Below are positions 8,374 to 19,329 of a stretch of 64,000 nucleotides of DNA, piece after piece; the stretch's first letter is position 1, and each line of letters starts with the position of its first letter. Source of the DNA: Candidatus Sumerlaeaceae bacterium (GTDB lineage: Bacteria; Sumerlaeota; Sumerlaeia; Sumerlaeales; Sumerlaeaceae); contig JBPCLP010000001.1 of the NCBI GenBank assembly GCA_051003195.1, forward strand, positions 1 through 64,000, in the 5' to 3' direction. The translations under genes and the position numbers were made by a program. Below the pieces are notes generated by a model. It worked only from the letters and a program-made list of their open reading frames with translations. It did no database searches and was not told the origin of the DNA.

Positions 8374-9633
8374 ATGGACACTCACAGGACAGGTAGAAAT
8401 TATGTGGACTTCGGCCCACAGATCATCACCATGAGTGGCGCCACTAGAATTAGAAGTGTCGCGGAGGAACCGGTCAAAAGTTTGAGTCAGCCTTACGAGC
8501 AGGTTATTGAGCTAAACCAGGATGAGCTGGTCGATTTCACGAGTAAAAGCGACCAGCGTTTGCGCGAACTCGAGGCGCAATTCCAGGTGCGGATTGTTCC
8601 GCGCGGCAATACCCTCAAAATTCTTGGCGAACCGAACGAGGTAGCCAAGGCGTCTCAGTTGATCGAAAACCTCCTGTCCTTCTCGCGTGGCAAAGGCCCG
8701 ATGAACCGCCAGCAGATACGCGTGGCGATGGAGGGGCTGAAAAGCGACGGCAAAGAAGAGATGGAACGGGTGTATGGCGACCGTGTGCAGGTGCCGCTGC
8801 GCAAGCGGAACGTGACACCGATGACGCCAACGCAGAAACGTTACCTCGATGCGATTCGCAAACACGACATCGTTTTCGGAATCGGTCCCGCGGGTACGGG
8901 CAAAACGTACCTGGCGATGGCAATGGCCATACACTACCTGGTGACGAACCAGGTGCGCCGCATTGTGCTGGTTCGCCCTGCAGTGGAGGCCGGGGAGAAG
9001 CTGGGCTTTTTACCCGGCGACATCATGGCAAAGTTCGATCCGTTTGTGCGTCCGCTGTATGATGCGTTGAACGACATGATGGAACCCGAGCGCGTGCGCA
9101 TGCTGCTGGAGAACAACGTGATCGAAGTGGCGCCACTGGCGTTTATGCGTGGCCGCACACTCAACGCCAGCTTTGTAATCCTGGACGAAGGACAGAACAC
9201 TTCCGTCGAGCAGATGAAAATGTTCCTGACGCGGCTTGGCTATGACAGCAAGGCGGTGATCACCGGCGACGTGACTCAGATCGACCTGCCGCACGGCAAG
9301 GAAAGCGGACTGGTGCATGTGCGTCGTGTGCTCAAGGATGTCGACGACATCGACTTTATCTATTTCGATCAGCGCGATGTGGTAAGGCATGAACTGGTGC
9401 AACGGATTATTCGCGCGTATGAAGCTGCGGAATCGAGAACGTCCGAGGTAGGCCAGGAGGAGCTGCCGTTGTGCGTGATGCCGACGAGTACCCAATCGCA
9501 ATGGCCGCAACCCGGCAACGAGATTTCGCTGGATGCACCGGCCGTGATCCAGGTGGCTTCGAGTCGCGGCCGCCAGCAGGAGTTGCCACACGAGATTCCT
9601 TCGGCTGATGAGGGCGAGGTGCTTGGAAAGTGA
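8374..9633 (+). CDS. phoH: PhoH-like ATPase (YbeZ type); true start may be 8431 or later
   Basis: GIGPAGTGKTYLA, RPAVEAGEKLGFLPGD, APLAFMRGRTL, ILDEGQN, TGDVTQIDLP, DVVRH. Confidence 0.95.
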   Translation: MDTHRTGRNYVDFGPQIITMSGATRIRSVAEEPVKSLSQPYEQVIELNQDELVDFTSKSDQRLRELEAQFQVRIVPRGNTLKILGEPNEVAKASQLIENLLSFSRGKGPMNRQQIRVAMEGLKSDGKEEMERVYGDRVQVPLRKRNVTPMTPTQKRYLDAIRKHDIVFGIGPAGTGKTYLAMAMAIHYLVTNQVRRIVLVRPAVEAGEKLGFLPGDIMAKFDPFVRPLYDALNDMMEPERVRMLLENNVIEVAPLAFMRGRTLNASFVILDEGQNTSVEQMKMFLTRLGYDSKAVITGDVTQIDLPHGKESGLVHVRRVLKDVDDIDFIYFDQRDVVRHELVQRIIRAYEAAESRTSEVGQEELPLCVMPTSTQSQWPQPGNEISLDAPAVIQVASSRGRQQELPHEIPSADEGEVLGK

Positions 9634-9763
9634 CCGGCGACCCTCCGAGTAGAATTCGATGGTGGTGTTGCCTGCCGGCGCTGGATGTTCACCATCCGGC
9701 ATGGCTTGTCGCGGAAGCAGCGATTTGAGTACGTCTCATCCACCGCTTGCTCGCGTCCTGAAG

Positions 9764-12079
9764 GTGAACGGGACAAAGAGTGGCGCAGGCGGGCCCGGTC
9801 CGTGGAGACGGCTGCGGTCGCGCAAGCGCGATAAAGCCGGGGCGTATGCAGCGCTGCTCCTGGTTTACGTCGCCCTGGTGGTCAGTATTTCTCCCAACCT
9901 GTTCCACATAGCAGGCCCGGTACGGCCGGGGACCATCTGGAAAAATGACGAGATTGTGACTCCGTATGAACTGCGAGTGTCGGATCCCGCGGGCTCGCAG
10001 ATGCAACGGCAAAGCCTTGAGTCGCGGCACTCCAAGGTTTTTGTGTACGACCCGGGACTTGAGATTCGCAGCCGCGAGAATGCCGGCAGGCTGCTTGAGC
10101 TCATCCAGTCGGCGCGGCAGGACCCGGGCAGCAATTCGGTGGCGCGCGTGCAGAGCGCGATTGCATCGAAACTGTCCTTGGAGTTGCAGCCTTCCACGGT
10201 GCAGGTCCTGCTTGCTGGAGCAGGTGACGAAAAACTGCGCACCGACATCGAAACTCTTTTGCATCATCTGTACAGCTCCCGGGGCATTTCGGCTGATAAG
10301 ACGTTGCTGGAGACGAGCGCACGTTCAGGACGCCTGCATGTTACTACGACTGCGAATGCCGGCGCGTCGGAGACAACGCCCTCCCTGGACAGTATACTTG
10401 GCTACCCGGGTGAAGCTATTGCTTACCTGGAGCAACGGTATCTTCCCACTTTTGGAATTTCACAGGCGCAGCGGCAGGCGTACGCAGATGTGACACGTCA
10501 ACTTCTGCAGCCGAACATTAACTATGATCGCCAGGGCACTACGGCCCGACTGCAGCAGGCATTCGCCAGCCTGAATCCCATCCGAACTCTACAGGCAGGA
10601 GAGCGAATTGTTGCGCGGGGCCAGGTCGTTACTCCGTTTCAATCGGAGGCGCTGGCTGTTCTTGCGCAGCAGGTGCACTACTACCGCATGCTGCGCATGC
10701 TGGGAGCAGCCATACTGGTTGCACTGGGCATGGCGTTTGTGTTCCTTTACGCCCACTACTTTAATCCAGCGTTCACTTTCAACGGCAGGACGATTCTTCT
10801 CATCGCGATGCCATCGTTGATTGCCATCTCCCTTGGACGTCTTGTGCTGAATGTGGGCGGTGGGCCGTTTCTTGGGGCCTTCGCTTTTCCCGCCGGGATG
10901 ATCGGCATGCTCTGTATTACGCTCTTTGATGCGCGTTTTGCGCTGCTGATCGTTACGATTACATCGATGCTTTTTGGTGTCGCGCTTGGGTTGAATTACC
11001 CGTACGTACTGGTGGCGCTGGTTGGCGGTTATACGGCAGTTGGGAGCCTTTACAAAATTCGTGAGCGCCGGGAGCTTCTCATGGCCGGGCTGAGTATCGG
11101 GCTGGCGAACTGCGTGAGCGCCATGGGAGTAGGGCTGGTGATAGCACCCGACCAGTTCAGCTTTTCAGGTCTGCTCGGTGCGCTGGCAAACGGGCTGATC
11201 TGCTATTCGCTGGCGGTTGCGCTGCTGCCTTTCTTCGAGGCTATGTTCCGCGTCACCACGGACGTACGGCTGATGGAGCTCACTTCAATGCATCATCCAC
11301 TGCTGCTGGAGATGGAGGCGAAGGCGCCGGGGTCGTACCAGCACTCCCTGAACGTTGCAAAGCTGGCGGAGTCGGCCGCGGAAGCTGTCGGAGCGCGTTA
11401 CCTGCTGGTGCGCGCCGGGGCCTACTTCCACGACATTGGCAAGATGATGAAGCCGAAGTATTATATCGAAAACCAGGTGACGCCCGAAGAGCGACGGATC
11501 CACTCAAAACTGTCTCCTTACATGAGCAACCTGATCATCAAAAATCATGTGCGGGACGGAATTGAACTGGCGCGCCGCCACCATCTGCCCGAGCGGGTAA
11601 TCGACTTTGTTCCACAGCATCATGGGACCGGACTCATAAAATATTTCTATGTGCAGGCGCTGAAGCGCGCAGACTCTGACGATATGGTACACGAGGACGA
11701 ATTCCGCTATCCGGGCCCAAAACCGCAAACGATCGAAGCTGCGATCGTCATGCTGGCAGATACAGTAGATGCGACAGCGACGGCCAAATTCAGCCACGCC
11801 ACACTTGATGAAGACGACTTGCGTAAGATGGTTCGCGACTCGATCCTGGACAAGTTTAACGATGGGCAGTTTGACGAGTGCCACATGACGTTTCGCGATC
11901 TCCACCGGATCAGTGAGGCGTTCGTCCGATCGCTGCTCAGCCGGTTCCATCACCGCGTTGACTATCCCGATATGCCAAAGCGAGAGCACCGCGAAAGCCC
12001 CGGGCATCCGACGGCAGCCCACGCGGTACCCGATCGAGCTGCGCCTGTGGCTGCGCTTGCCACTGCCGGCCCGGGTTAA
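9764..12079 (+). CDS. 7TM-HD (HDIG) phosphohydrolase, PgpH-like cyclic-di-AMP phosphodiesterase family; start approximate
   Basis: N-terminal TM, extracellular domain, 7 TM, APGSYQHS, YFHDIGK, QHHGT, FRYPGPKP, MLAD; typical position after phoH. Confidence 0.9.
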   Translation: MNGTKSGAGGPGPWRRLRSRKRDKAGAYAALLLVYVALVVSISPNLFHIAGPVRPGTIWKNDEIVTPYELRVSDPAGSQMQRQSLESRHSKVFVYDPGLEIRSRENAGRLLELIQSARQDPGSNSVARVQSAIASKLSLELQPSTVQVLLAGAGDEKLRTDIETLLHHLYSSRGISADKTLLETSARSGRLHVTTTANAGASETTPSLDSILGYPGEAIAYLEQRYLPTFGISQAQRQAYADVTRQLLQPNINYDRQGTTARLQQAFASLNPIRTLQAGERIVARGQVVTPFQSEALAVLAQQVHYYRMLRMLGAAILVALGMAFVFLYAHYFNPAFTFNGRTILLIAMPSLIAISLGRLVLNVGGGPFLGAFAFPAGMIGMLCITLFDARFALLIVTITSMLFGVALGLNYPYVLVALVGGYTAVGSLYKIRERRELLMAGLSIGLANCVSAMGVGLVIAPDQFSFSGLLGALANGLICYSLAVALLPFFEAMFRVTTDVRLMELTSMHHPLLLEMEAKAPGSYQHSLNVAKLAESAAEAVGARYLLVRAGAYFHDIGKMMKPKYYIENQVTPEERRIHSKLSPYMSNLIIKNHVRDGIELARRHHLPERVIDFVPQHHGTGLIKYFYVQALKRADSDDMVHEDEFRYPGPKPQTIEAAIVMLADTVDATATAKFSHATLDEDDLRKMVRDSILDKFNDGQFDECHMTFRDLHRISEAFVRSLLSRFHHRVDYPDMPKREHRESPGHPTAAHAVPDRAAPVAALATAGPG

Positions 12080-12137
12080 TCCAACGATTCGCATTCAATG
12101 AAACGCCGTAGCACTACTTTGAGTAAAGGAACTGTTT

Positions 12138-13598
12138 GTGAGCCCCGCTGCCGCTGTTGAAACCACGTTTGTACCCGGACCGACCTACGACGAAATGCTG
12201 GACCCGCGCAAGCTGCCGGCAAGCATCCGTGAGGCGGCACAGGACGCCCGCAATACCGAGCTGAATCCGCTGAACCTGTTCAACATCACGTGGCGCAATC
12301 CCGGTGGCGACATTCGGCGGATCGTGCTTCCGCGTGAACTGACCGGGACCAAAGCAAACATTGTCGTATTGCTGGGGTTCGCCTTCCCGAGCGGCAGTCA
12401 CAAGGTCGGTCCGGCGTATTCGACACTGGCCGAGAACGAAGTGTCGGGCGCGATTAAACCGGGTATGGTGATGGTCGGCCCGAGCACAGGCAATTTCGGG
12501 ATTGGAGTCGCTTACGTCTCGCGCCTGAAAGGATATGAGGCGCTCGTAGTGATGCCCGAAGGCATGAGCGCTGAGAGGTATGAGCGAATTCGTAAGTATG
12601 GCGGAAAGCTGGACCTGACACCCGGTTCGGAAAGCGATGTTGTGCTGGTGCTGGAGCGTGTGGAGGAGATCCGGAAGGATCCGAACAACTTCATTCTCGC
12701 GCAGTTCGAGCTGATGCCCAACTACCGGTTTCATCGGCACGTGACGGGCAACAGCTGCCTGGAGGCCGTCGCGGGTGTTGGCAATGGAAAGATCGCTGCG
12801 TTTGTAAGCGCGCCCGGCAGCGCCGGTACGCTGGCCGCGGGCGATGCAATAAAAGCAAAGTTCCCGACTGCTTCGATCGTCGCGGTGGAGCCGAAGGAGT
12901 GCTCGACGTTGTTTAACGGCGGTCAGGGCACGCACCGCATCGAGGGGATCGGCGACAAGATGGTGGTGCTGATTCATAATGTGCGTAATACTGACTACAT
13001 CATGATGGTTCACGACGATGACACCGTCAAAGGGCTGCGGGTGCTGAGCTCGGGCTTAAACCTGGGCAGGTTAAGCGGCGCATCGCTATCCAGTGCAACT
13101 GCCACTGATGGCGTGTGCCCGCGCTGCCATCAAAGAGTGGAGCAAGGTGAGCATGATTGTTTCCGCGCGTGCTTTGGAATTTCGTCCGTCTGCAACATTC
13201 TTGGCGCCATCCGCACAGCGCATCATCTGGGCCTGGGTGTAGGTGACAACGTGGTGACGATAGCGACGGATGGTTATGACCGCTACCCAAGCGTAATGGA
13301 AGAGCTGGGCCGCCGGGCGGGCCGCGAAGGACAGATCGGGGACGATCTGCTGGAGCAATGGCACGAGGAGATTTTTGGCGGGTACAGCGCGGCCGATTTC
13401 CTCGATGTTCGTCCGCGCGAGCAGCAGCAGCGGTTGTTCAGCGCGAAGCAGGAGATGTGGACGCGCTTCGGCTACTCGGACGAATACCTTGAAACGATGA
13501 AGTCGGCGGCGTTCTGGGAGGATGAGTACTCCAGGGTGCCCGAGGTGAATGCGGCGATCGAGCGGCAGCGCGATGAACGCGGCGCCTGGGAATTTTAA
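12138..13598 (+). CDS. PLP-dependent fold-type II enzyme (cysteine synthase-like family)
   Basis: PSGSHKVG (PLP Lys), PSTGNFG, MPEGMSAER, GSAGTLA, HRIEGIGD. Confidence 0.85.
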   Translation: MSPAAAVETTFVPGPTYDEMLDPRKLPASIREAAQDARNTELNPLNLFNITWRNPGGDIRRIVLPRELTGTKANIVVLLGFAFPSGSHKVGPAYSTLAENEVSGAIKPGMVMVGPSTGNFGIGVAYVSRLKGYEALVVMPEGMSAERYERIRKYGGKLDLTPGSESDVVLVLERVEEIRKDPNNFILAQFELMPNYRFHRHVTGNSCLEAVAGVGNGKIAAFVSAPGSAGTLAAGDAIKAKFPTASIVAVEPKECSTLFNGGQGTHRIEGIGDKMVVLIHNVRNTDYIMMVHDDDTVKGLRVLSSGLNLGRLSGASLSSATATDGVCPRCHQRVEQGEHDCFRACFGISSVCNILGAIRTAHHLGLGVGDNVVTIATDGYDRYPSVMEELGRRAGREGQIGDDLLEQWHEEIFGGYSAADFLDVRPREQQQRLFSAKQEMWTRFGYSDEYLETMKSAAFWEDEYSRVPEVNAAIERQRDERGAWEF

Positions 13599-13604
13599 GA
13601 AAGG

Positions 13605-14525
13605 CTACTTACAGCAGACCCTGTTGCGGCCCATCTGCTTGGCCTGGAGCAGGTTCTGATCGGCGTTTCGGAAGAGTATCTCGGCGTCGTCGGTTAGTCC
13701 GAGCTCTGCGCAACCGGCGCTGACACTGAGATAGATGGGCCGGCCGGGCTGACGCAGCGGGTTGCTTTCCACCGTCAGGCGAATGCGCTCGCCCAGCGCG
13801 TAAGCGGCATGCAAATCCCCGTCGGGAAGAAGCACGACGAATTCTTCGCCGCCCCAGCGTGCGCAAAGCTCGCTCGAGCGACAGCAGGACTCGATGAGTC
13901 GCGCCAGGTGGATCAATACCTTATCGCCGACATCGTGGCCGTGGTGGTCATTGACGGCCTTGAAGTGATCGGCGTCGACGATGAGCATGGACACGGGCAA
14001 ACCATAGCGCCGCCCTCGCTCGGCGTGGTGGACAAGATGGGTGCGGAACTGGTACCGGTTGTCGAGCCCTGTGAGGGCGTCGCGGGTGGCCATCTCATAG
14101 AGCAGTTGCTCGTTCTCGAGTTCCTTTTCGTCGCGCAGGAAAAAACCGAGAAGGGTCGTGCCGATCAGGATTCGATCCCGCTCGTTAAGCCGGGTAGCCT
14201 GACTAATGGCCTCGCCGTTGAGTTCCGTACCGTTTCGGCTTTCCAGATCCTCGAGAAAGCATTCCGGCGGCTGCTCAGGTATCTGCCCGTTACGGTAGCC
14301 GATCCGGGCATGCCGGCGGGAGGCCATATCATCCTGAAGGATGATGTCCGCAATAGTGCTGCGTCCGATGATGGTCTCACCCTGGCGGAGGGGGAAGCGC
14401 TGGCCGCTCTGGATGCCCTCGACGCAGATCAACATAGGTGTATAGCTTCGCGGTTCCTCTGGTTTGGCAATGCGGATAAGAGGAGCAGTTGTTGAGCTCG
14501 TGGAGTCGGTAGTCGCTTTTTTCAA
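13605..14525 (-). CDS. FHA-domain diguanylate cyclase
   Basis: IGRS, ASRRHA, SRNGT (FHA); DALTGL.NR, DADHFKAVND..GH..GD, RWGGEEF. Confidence 0.93.
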   Translation of the reverse strand: MKKATTDSTSSTTAPLIRIAKPEEPRSYTPMLICVEGIQSGQRFPLRQGETIIGRSTIADIILQDDMASRRHARIGYRNGQIPEQPPECFLEDLESRNGTELNGEAISQATRLNERDRILIGTTLLGFFLRDEKELENEQLLYEMATRDALTGLDNRYQFRTHLVHHAERGRRYGLPVSMLIVDADHFKAVNDHHGHDVGDKVLIHLARLIESCCRSSELCARWGGEEFVVLLPDGDLHAAYALGERIRLTVESNPLRQPGRPIYLSVSAGCAELGLTDDAEILFRNADQNLLQAKQMGRNRVCCK

Positions 14526-14608
14526 AACGGACCCATTTGCGCATCCATTTATACTGGGTTCAAGCTAAAACTGCACAGTAATTAGGCATAGAGCCACACT
14601 TTTTATGG

Positions 14609-16741
14609 TTAGCGCCCTGCCCTCTTTCTGGAATTCGAGATGGATTTGCCTTTGGAGCCGACTGGTGGTTTGTAAGGTCGGGAAGGTTTCTGCGAGAGCG
14701 TAAATTTATCGTTGGTGCCTGGTTTATGGTCACTTGCGGCAAGGACGGAGGTACCCGAAAGAAACTGCCGTTCCAGTAAAAGAATTCGGTCTCGCAGAGC
14801 GGCAGCCTCTTCAAACTCCAACTGCTGCGCAGCTTTTTTCATGTCCTTCCGAAGTTGCTCGATCATCTTTGGCAGTGCTGCGAGATCCAGGTAAACGGCG
14901 TCGCTTTCAGCGGCGATCGGAAGATCAACGTAGTCCGCCTCGTAGACCGTATCCAGAATGTTTACAATGTTCTTCTGGATAGAGCGTGGCGTAATCCCAT
15001 GCTCCTCGTTGTAGGCGAGCTGCTTGGCGCGGCGGCGGCCGGTTTCCTCCAGTGTCTTTCGAATGGCCTCGGTGATCGTGTCGGCGTACATGATGACATG
15101 GCCATTAACATTGCGGGCAGCGCGGCCGCAGGTCTGAATGAGGGAGGTGTGCCCCCGCAGAAAGCCTTCTTTGTCGGCATCGAGGATGGCGACGAGCGAT
15201 ACCTCAGGAATATCGAGTCCTTCGCGGAGCAGATTGACACCGATAAGCACGTCGAATTTTCCGAGCCTTAGATCACGGATAATTTCCGTGCGTTCGATTG
15301 CGTCTATGTCAGAGTGCAAGTACTTCGCCTTGACACCAAGCTCAACGATGTACTCCGCGAGGTCTTCCGACGCACGTTTTGTCAAGCATGTAACCAGGAC
15401 ACGGTCGCCGTGGTCCACCCGTTGACGAATTTCGCCGAGCACATCCTCGACCTGGTTTCGAGCCGGCTTGATGGTGATTGGCGGATCGATGAGGCCTGTT
15501 GGCCGAATGACCTGCTCGGCAACAATTCCCATCGAGCGCTTCAGCTCTGTCTCGGCCGGCGTCGCACTGACGTAGATGACCTGCTTCAAACGGGCGTCGA
15601 ACTCCTCGCCTTTCAGGGGCCGGTTGTCGAGCGCGCTGGGAAGGCGGAAGCCGTGTTCGATCAGCATGGTTTTGCGCGACCGGTCACCTTCGTACATCCC
15701 CCGCACCTGCGGCAGAGTCGCATGGCTTTCGTCGATGAACATCAGCATATTGTCGGGGAAGTAGTCGAGCAATGTGAAGGGCGGCTCGCCGGGTTTGCGG
15801 CCGGTGATATGACGGGAGTAGTTTTCAATGCCGGCGCAGGTGCCCATCTCCTGGATGAGCTCGAGGTCATAACGAACACGCTGCTCCAGTCGGGTGGCTT
15901 CGAGCAGTTGCCCGGCGTTTCCAAGTTCCTCGAGACGGTCTTCGAGTTCGAGTTCGATGGTGCGTATGGCACGCTCGAGCTTCGGGCGTTCGGTAACATA
16001 GTGGCTTCCTGGATAAATCACGGCGCGACGCAGCCCACGCAGTTTCTTGCCCGTGAGGGGATCGATTTCGGAAATGGACTCGATCTCGTTTCCAAAAAAT
16101 TCGATTCGGATTCCGATTTTCTCTTCGTAGGCGGGGAACACGTCGACAACATCGCCGCGCACGCGGAATGTACCGCGGTGAAAATCGTGATCGTTGCGCG
16201 AGTACTGAATGGCGACGAGTCGCTTGAGCACATCGTTACGCGGGTCGCTCATGCCTTCCTCGACAAAAACACGCATGGAGTTGAAATCCGCGGGCGAGCC
16301 GATTCCGTAGATACACGACACACTCGAAACCACGATTACGTCGCTGCGCTCCATAAGGTGCTTTGTGGCGGCGAGCCGCATTTTATCGAGCTCGTCATTA
16401 ATCGCAGAGTCTTTCTCAATGTAAGTGTCGGTGCTGGGGATATACGCCTCGGGCTGGTAGTAATCGTAATAGGAAACGAAGTACTCGACCGCGTTTTCGG
16501 GGAACAGCTCCTTAAATTCGCGATAGAGCTGTGCCGCGAGGGTCTTGTTGTGCGCGAGCACAAGCGATGGCCTGCCAGTGCGCGCGATGACCTGCGCCAT
16601 GGTAAACGTCTTACCAGATCCCGTGACGCCGAGCAGCGTCTGGTGGCGCAGCCCGCGGTTCAACCCATCCACAAGCTGGGCGATGGCCTGCGGCTGATCA
16701 CCACTTGGTTCGAATTCCGTTTTTAACTTAAACTCAGACAT
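14609..16741 (-). CDS. uvrB: Excinuclease ABC subunit B
   Basis: [45 protein letters not shown]-terminal UVR domain. Confidence 0.98.
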   Translation of the reverse strand: MSEFKLKTEFEPSGDQPQAIAQLVDGLNRGLRHQTLLGVTGSGKTFTMAQVIARTGRPSLVLAHNKTLAAQLYREFKELFPENAVEYFVSYYDYYQPEAYIPSTDTYIEKDSAINDELDKMRLAATKHLMERSDVIVVSSVSCIYGIGSPADFNSMRVFVEEGMSDPRNDVLKRLVAIQYSRNDHDFHRGTFRVRGDVVDVFPAYEEKIGIRIEFFGNEIESISEIDPLTGKKLRGLRRAVIYPGSHYVTERPKLERAIRTIELELEDRLEELGNAGQLLEATRLEQRVRYDLELIQEMGTCAGIENYSRHITGRKPGEPPFTLLDYFPDNMLMFIDESHATLPQVRGMYEGDRSRKTMLIEHGFRLPSALDNRPLKGEEFDARLKQVIYVSATPAETELKRSMGIVAEQVIRPTGLIDPPITIKPARNQVEDVLGEIRQRVDHGDRVLVTCLTKRASEDLAEYIVELGVKAKYLHSDIDAIERTEIIRDLRLGKFDVLIGVNLLREGLDIPEVSLVAILDADKEGFLRGHTSLIQTCGRAARNVNGHVIMYADTITEAIRKTLEETGRRRAKQLAYNEEHGITPRSIQKNIVNILDTVYEADYVDLPIAAESDAVYLDLAALPKMIEQLRKDMKKAAQQLEFEEAAALRDRILLLERQFLSGTSVLAASDHKPGTNDKFTLSQKPSRPYKPPVGSKGKSISNSRKRAGR

Positions 16742-16905
16742 AGTATGGTGTAACACTTTCGAGCCTGAGTGATCATTTTATATTCAGCTTTTTGACAGGT
16801 GCGGAACCTGTAGCTGTACGGATTTATTGCCTCGAGGGTAACAGCTACCGGGTGGAGCTGGTGTGGTGTCCCAGAGATTCGTAACGAAAATTTGCGCGCT
16901 TTCCG

Positions 16906-17273
16906 GCGCCCCTTCAGGGCGCGAAAAATGGGGTGCTGTAACCCAGGGCTGCGTCGGCCACAAAAAGCCGTGGCCTCCTTTCCCTGGGCTGGGTCCCGCT
17001 GCACCTTCGGTGCAAAAAACCTGAACTGAATTATGCGGGCTGTGTCCCGCTTCACCTTCGGTGCAAAAAACTCTGAATTGAATTGTGCCGCATATTTTCA
17101 GTTTGCGGCGCCCCTTCAGGGCGCGAAACTTGGGGTGCTGTGACCCAGGGCTGCGTCCCGCTGCACCTTCGGTGCAAAAAACCTGAACGGATTTATGCGA
17201 GCTGGGTTCCGCTGCACCTTCGGTGCAAAAAACTGAACTGAATTATGCCGCGAAAATTCCTTCGGTGCAAAAA
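16906..17273. repeat. REP/BIME-like hairpin repeat cluster
   Basis: GCGCCCCTTCAGGGCGC at 16906 and 17108; GCACCTTCGGTGC-AAAAAA at 17001, 17052 (variant), 17163, 17214 and partial at 17259, each in a ~50-bp unit. Confidence 0.9.
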
Positions 17274-17411
17274 GATTCCGACGGCATTCTGCGCGGAATT
17301 TCACGGACAGCACACGAGTGTGCTCTACCGTTAGTTCGGAATCTGTTGTGTGTGCCGAATCGAGTGCCAAGTTTGCCCTTTGGTCTGGCAATGAATCACT
17401 GATTCGGCACA
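17274..17411. repeat. Additional palindromic (REP-like) elements
   Basis: GATTCCGA...TCGGAATC enclosing AGCACAC-GA-GTGTGCT; GTGTGCCGAATC...GATTCGGCACAC inverted repeat. Confidence 0.6.
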
Positions 17412-17510
17412 CTGGCGGGGTGTCCCATTAATTTGTTCACTGGTTTTGTGTGCCGTCCAAGCTCGAAAGCTTCGTGAAATAGCTATGATCTTCTGGACGG
17501 CACACTAGCG

Positions 17511-18533
17511 ATGCATCTAAAGAAATGGTTCTTACCGTCGTGGGAACAGCGACGGCGCATGCTGCGCATCGACATCATTGTCGCATCGGCTTTACTGTAT
17601 AGCGCACTGGCATTGTCCTACATCCCGTACTCTGTCGAATGGGCACAGAGCCCGATCGGCATGCGCGTGGATTATGCGCTTTTCTACGTACGCACGTTTC
17701 AATTCCATGCCGGCCTTTTTATGCTCCTGCTTGCTGTGGCGGCAATGCTGTTCCGGTGGTGGAAACTGGCAGCGGCAGCCGTTCCGTTTTTGCTGTTCAC
17801 GCTTCTGCCCGCGACGGCGTCCTATCTTCCGCGTTCGGATGCGGGCACTGCGGATGGACTGAAGCTTGTCAGCTGCAACCTTCTCTACGTCAATCCGAAC
17901 ATCGATGAACTGGCGGGTAAAATTGCCGCACTCCGACCGGACATTGTGTGCGTCCAGGAGTTAACCTCAAAGCTCGACTCCGTCTTACGTAGCGCGCTCG
18001 GCGAAGAGTTTCGCCACGTGGCCACCATTCCGCAGCTCGACGCGTTTGGAATTGGCGTGTATTCGCGCCTGCCGTTCGCAGCCGCGCCCGGTGAAGCGAT
18101 TCCCGACCGGGACATGGTGCCGCAACAGCGGATCGTTTTTAACGCACGTGGCACGACTGTCACGTTGTACAACATTCACCTCTATCCGCCCGGCACACTG
18201 CTGGACTACAGGGACATGAGCTGGCAAGTGGATCAGCTTGTTCGCGCGATCAGGCGAGAGAAAGGACCGTTGATACTCGTCGGAGATTTTAATTTTCCGA
18301 ACCGGACAAGGCAGGCACGATTTATTGAGAGCACGGGGCTGCGCGACGCCTATGTAATGCGTGGTCACGGAAGAGGATCCACCTGGCCGGCTATCTATCC
18401 GCTCAAGATATTCCCCGGGCTCGGTCTGGATCACCTGTACTTAAGTCATGGTCTAGCATGCAATAGCATCGAGGTATTGGGAGCACCGGGTTCAGATCAC
18501 CGGATGCTCGTTGCGCACGTGCAGTTACCATAG
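17511..18533 (+). CDS. Membrane-anchored endonuclease/exonuclease/phosphatase (EEP) family protein
   Basis: N-terminal TMs; SCNL, PDIVCVQE, IHL, LVGDFN, LDHL, GSDH. Confidence 0.9.
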   Translation: MHLKKWFLPSWEQRRRMLRIDIIVASALLYSALALSYIPYSVEWAQSPIGMRVDYALFYVRTFQFHAGLFMLLLAVAAMLFRWWKLAAAAVPFLLFTLLPATASYLPRSDAGTADGLKLVSCNLLYVNPNIDELAGKIAALRPDIVCVQELTSKLDSVLRSALGEEFRHVATIPQLDAFGIGVYSRLPFAAAPGEAIPDRDMVPQQRIVFNARGTTVTLYNIHLYPPGTLLDYRDMSWQVDQLVRAIRREKGPLILVGDFNFPNRTRQARFIESTGLRDAYVMRGHGRGSTWPAIYPLKIFPGLGLDHLYLSHGLACNSIEVLGAPGSDHRMLVAHVQLP

Positions 18534-18626
18534 CACATCTGCATATGGTGCGTTTTCTCGATGCGATGTTTACCATTCGCGACCATGTGCAATTGGCTGC
18601 ACCCGTGCGCTCCTTCAGCGCTTACA

Positions 18627-19199
18627 TTACATCTGCGCGTGATTGGTACGGCCGAAATCGCCGGCGGAAACCGTGCCGTTGGTGGGATCGTAGAGGCCGT
18701 GAGGCAGCAGGTGCATGGCAAGTGCGGGGCCGTCGAAGAATTTATTAGGTCCGCGGGATCCGATATACCATTTGAGACCGGTTCCGTGCCAGCGAGTAAC
18801 GTTGTCCGGATCATAAAGCTCGGGCTGGCCGCTGACAGTGTCGATGCCAACGTAGTCGAAATAGCTCTGGCGCTCAGGCCAAAGCACATCGGGCACAAAT
18901 ACATCGACAGGAGACGATGACAGATACGCGACGGGCGTAGTAAGCGCCGCGTAGCTGAGGTACTCGCTGACCACGGTGATGCCAGGGTACAACCCGGTGT
19001 TGAAGTTGGGCGGGTACTTGTTTGCGTCGGTCGCGTAAGCTTCCAACCCGGTAGCGATGGTGCGCATGTCAGCTTTTGCACGCGCGACTTTGGCGCGGGT
19101 CTGTGCTTCAAGCATGTTGGGTAGTGCAACGAGCGCAAGTATCGCAATAATACCGACAACGATGAGCAGCTCTATCAGGGTGAAAGCTTTCGATTTCAT
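18627..19199 (-). CDS. Prepilin-type N-terminal cleavage/methylation protein (GspG/pilin-like)
   Basis: MKSKA|FTLIELLIVVGIIAILALVALPN; RAKVARAKADMR; LTTPVAY; C-terminal YDPTNGTVSAGD. Confidence 0.9.
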   Translation of the reverse strand: MKSKAFTLIELLIVVGIIAILALVALPNMLEAQTRAKVARAKADMRTIATGLEAYATDANKYPPNFNTGLYPGITVVSEYLSYAALTTPVAYLSSSPVDVFVPDVLWPERQSYFDYVGIDTVSGQPELYDPDNVTRWHGTGLKWYIGSRGPNKFFDGPALAMHLLPHGLYDPTNGTVSAGDFGRTNHAQM

Positions 19200-19329
19200 C
19201 CGAGGATTAGTACATGGACGTCCGTAAGTTTCAACTCTAAAAAAGGTGTTAGAACAAAGCAAGATCCGCAGGTTGCACCTGGGGCTATTCATGTTTGACA
19301 CCTCCGGTGTCGGTTTTTCAACAGCGCTA

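Noticed and set aside
15314..16726. 470-aa plus-strand ORF, and similar long ORFs 2941..3732, 12114..13013, 36733..37746, 44758..45735, 48489..49388
   Set aside because: Antisense or alternate-frame shadows of well-supported genes, common in GC-rich DNA.
16906..17273. CRISPR array
   Set aside because: Sequences between the hairpins are near-identical rather than unique spacers, spacing is irregular, and there are no cas genes in the window.
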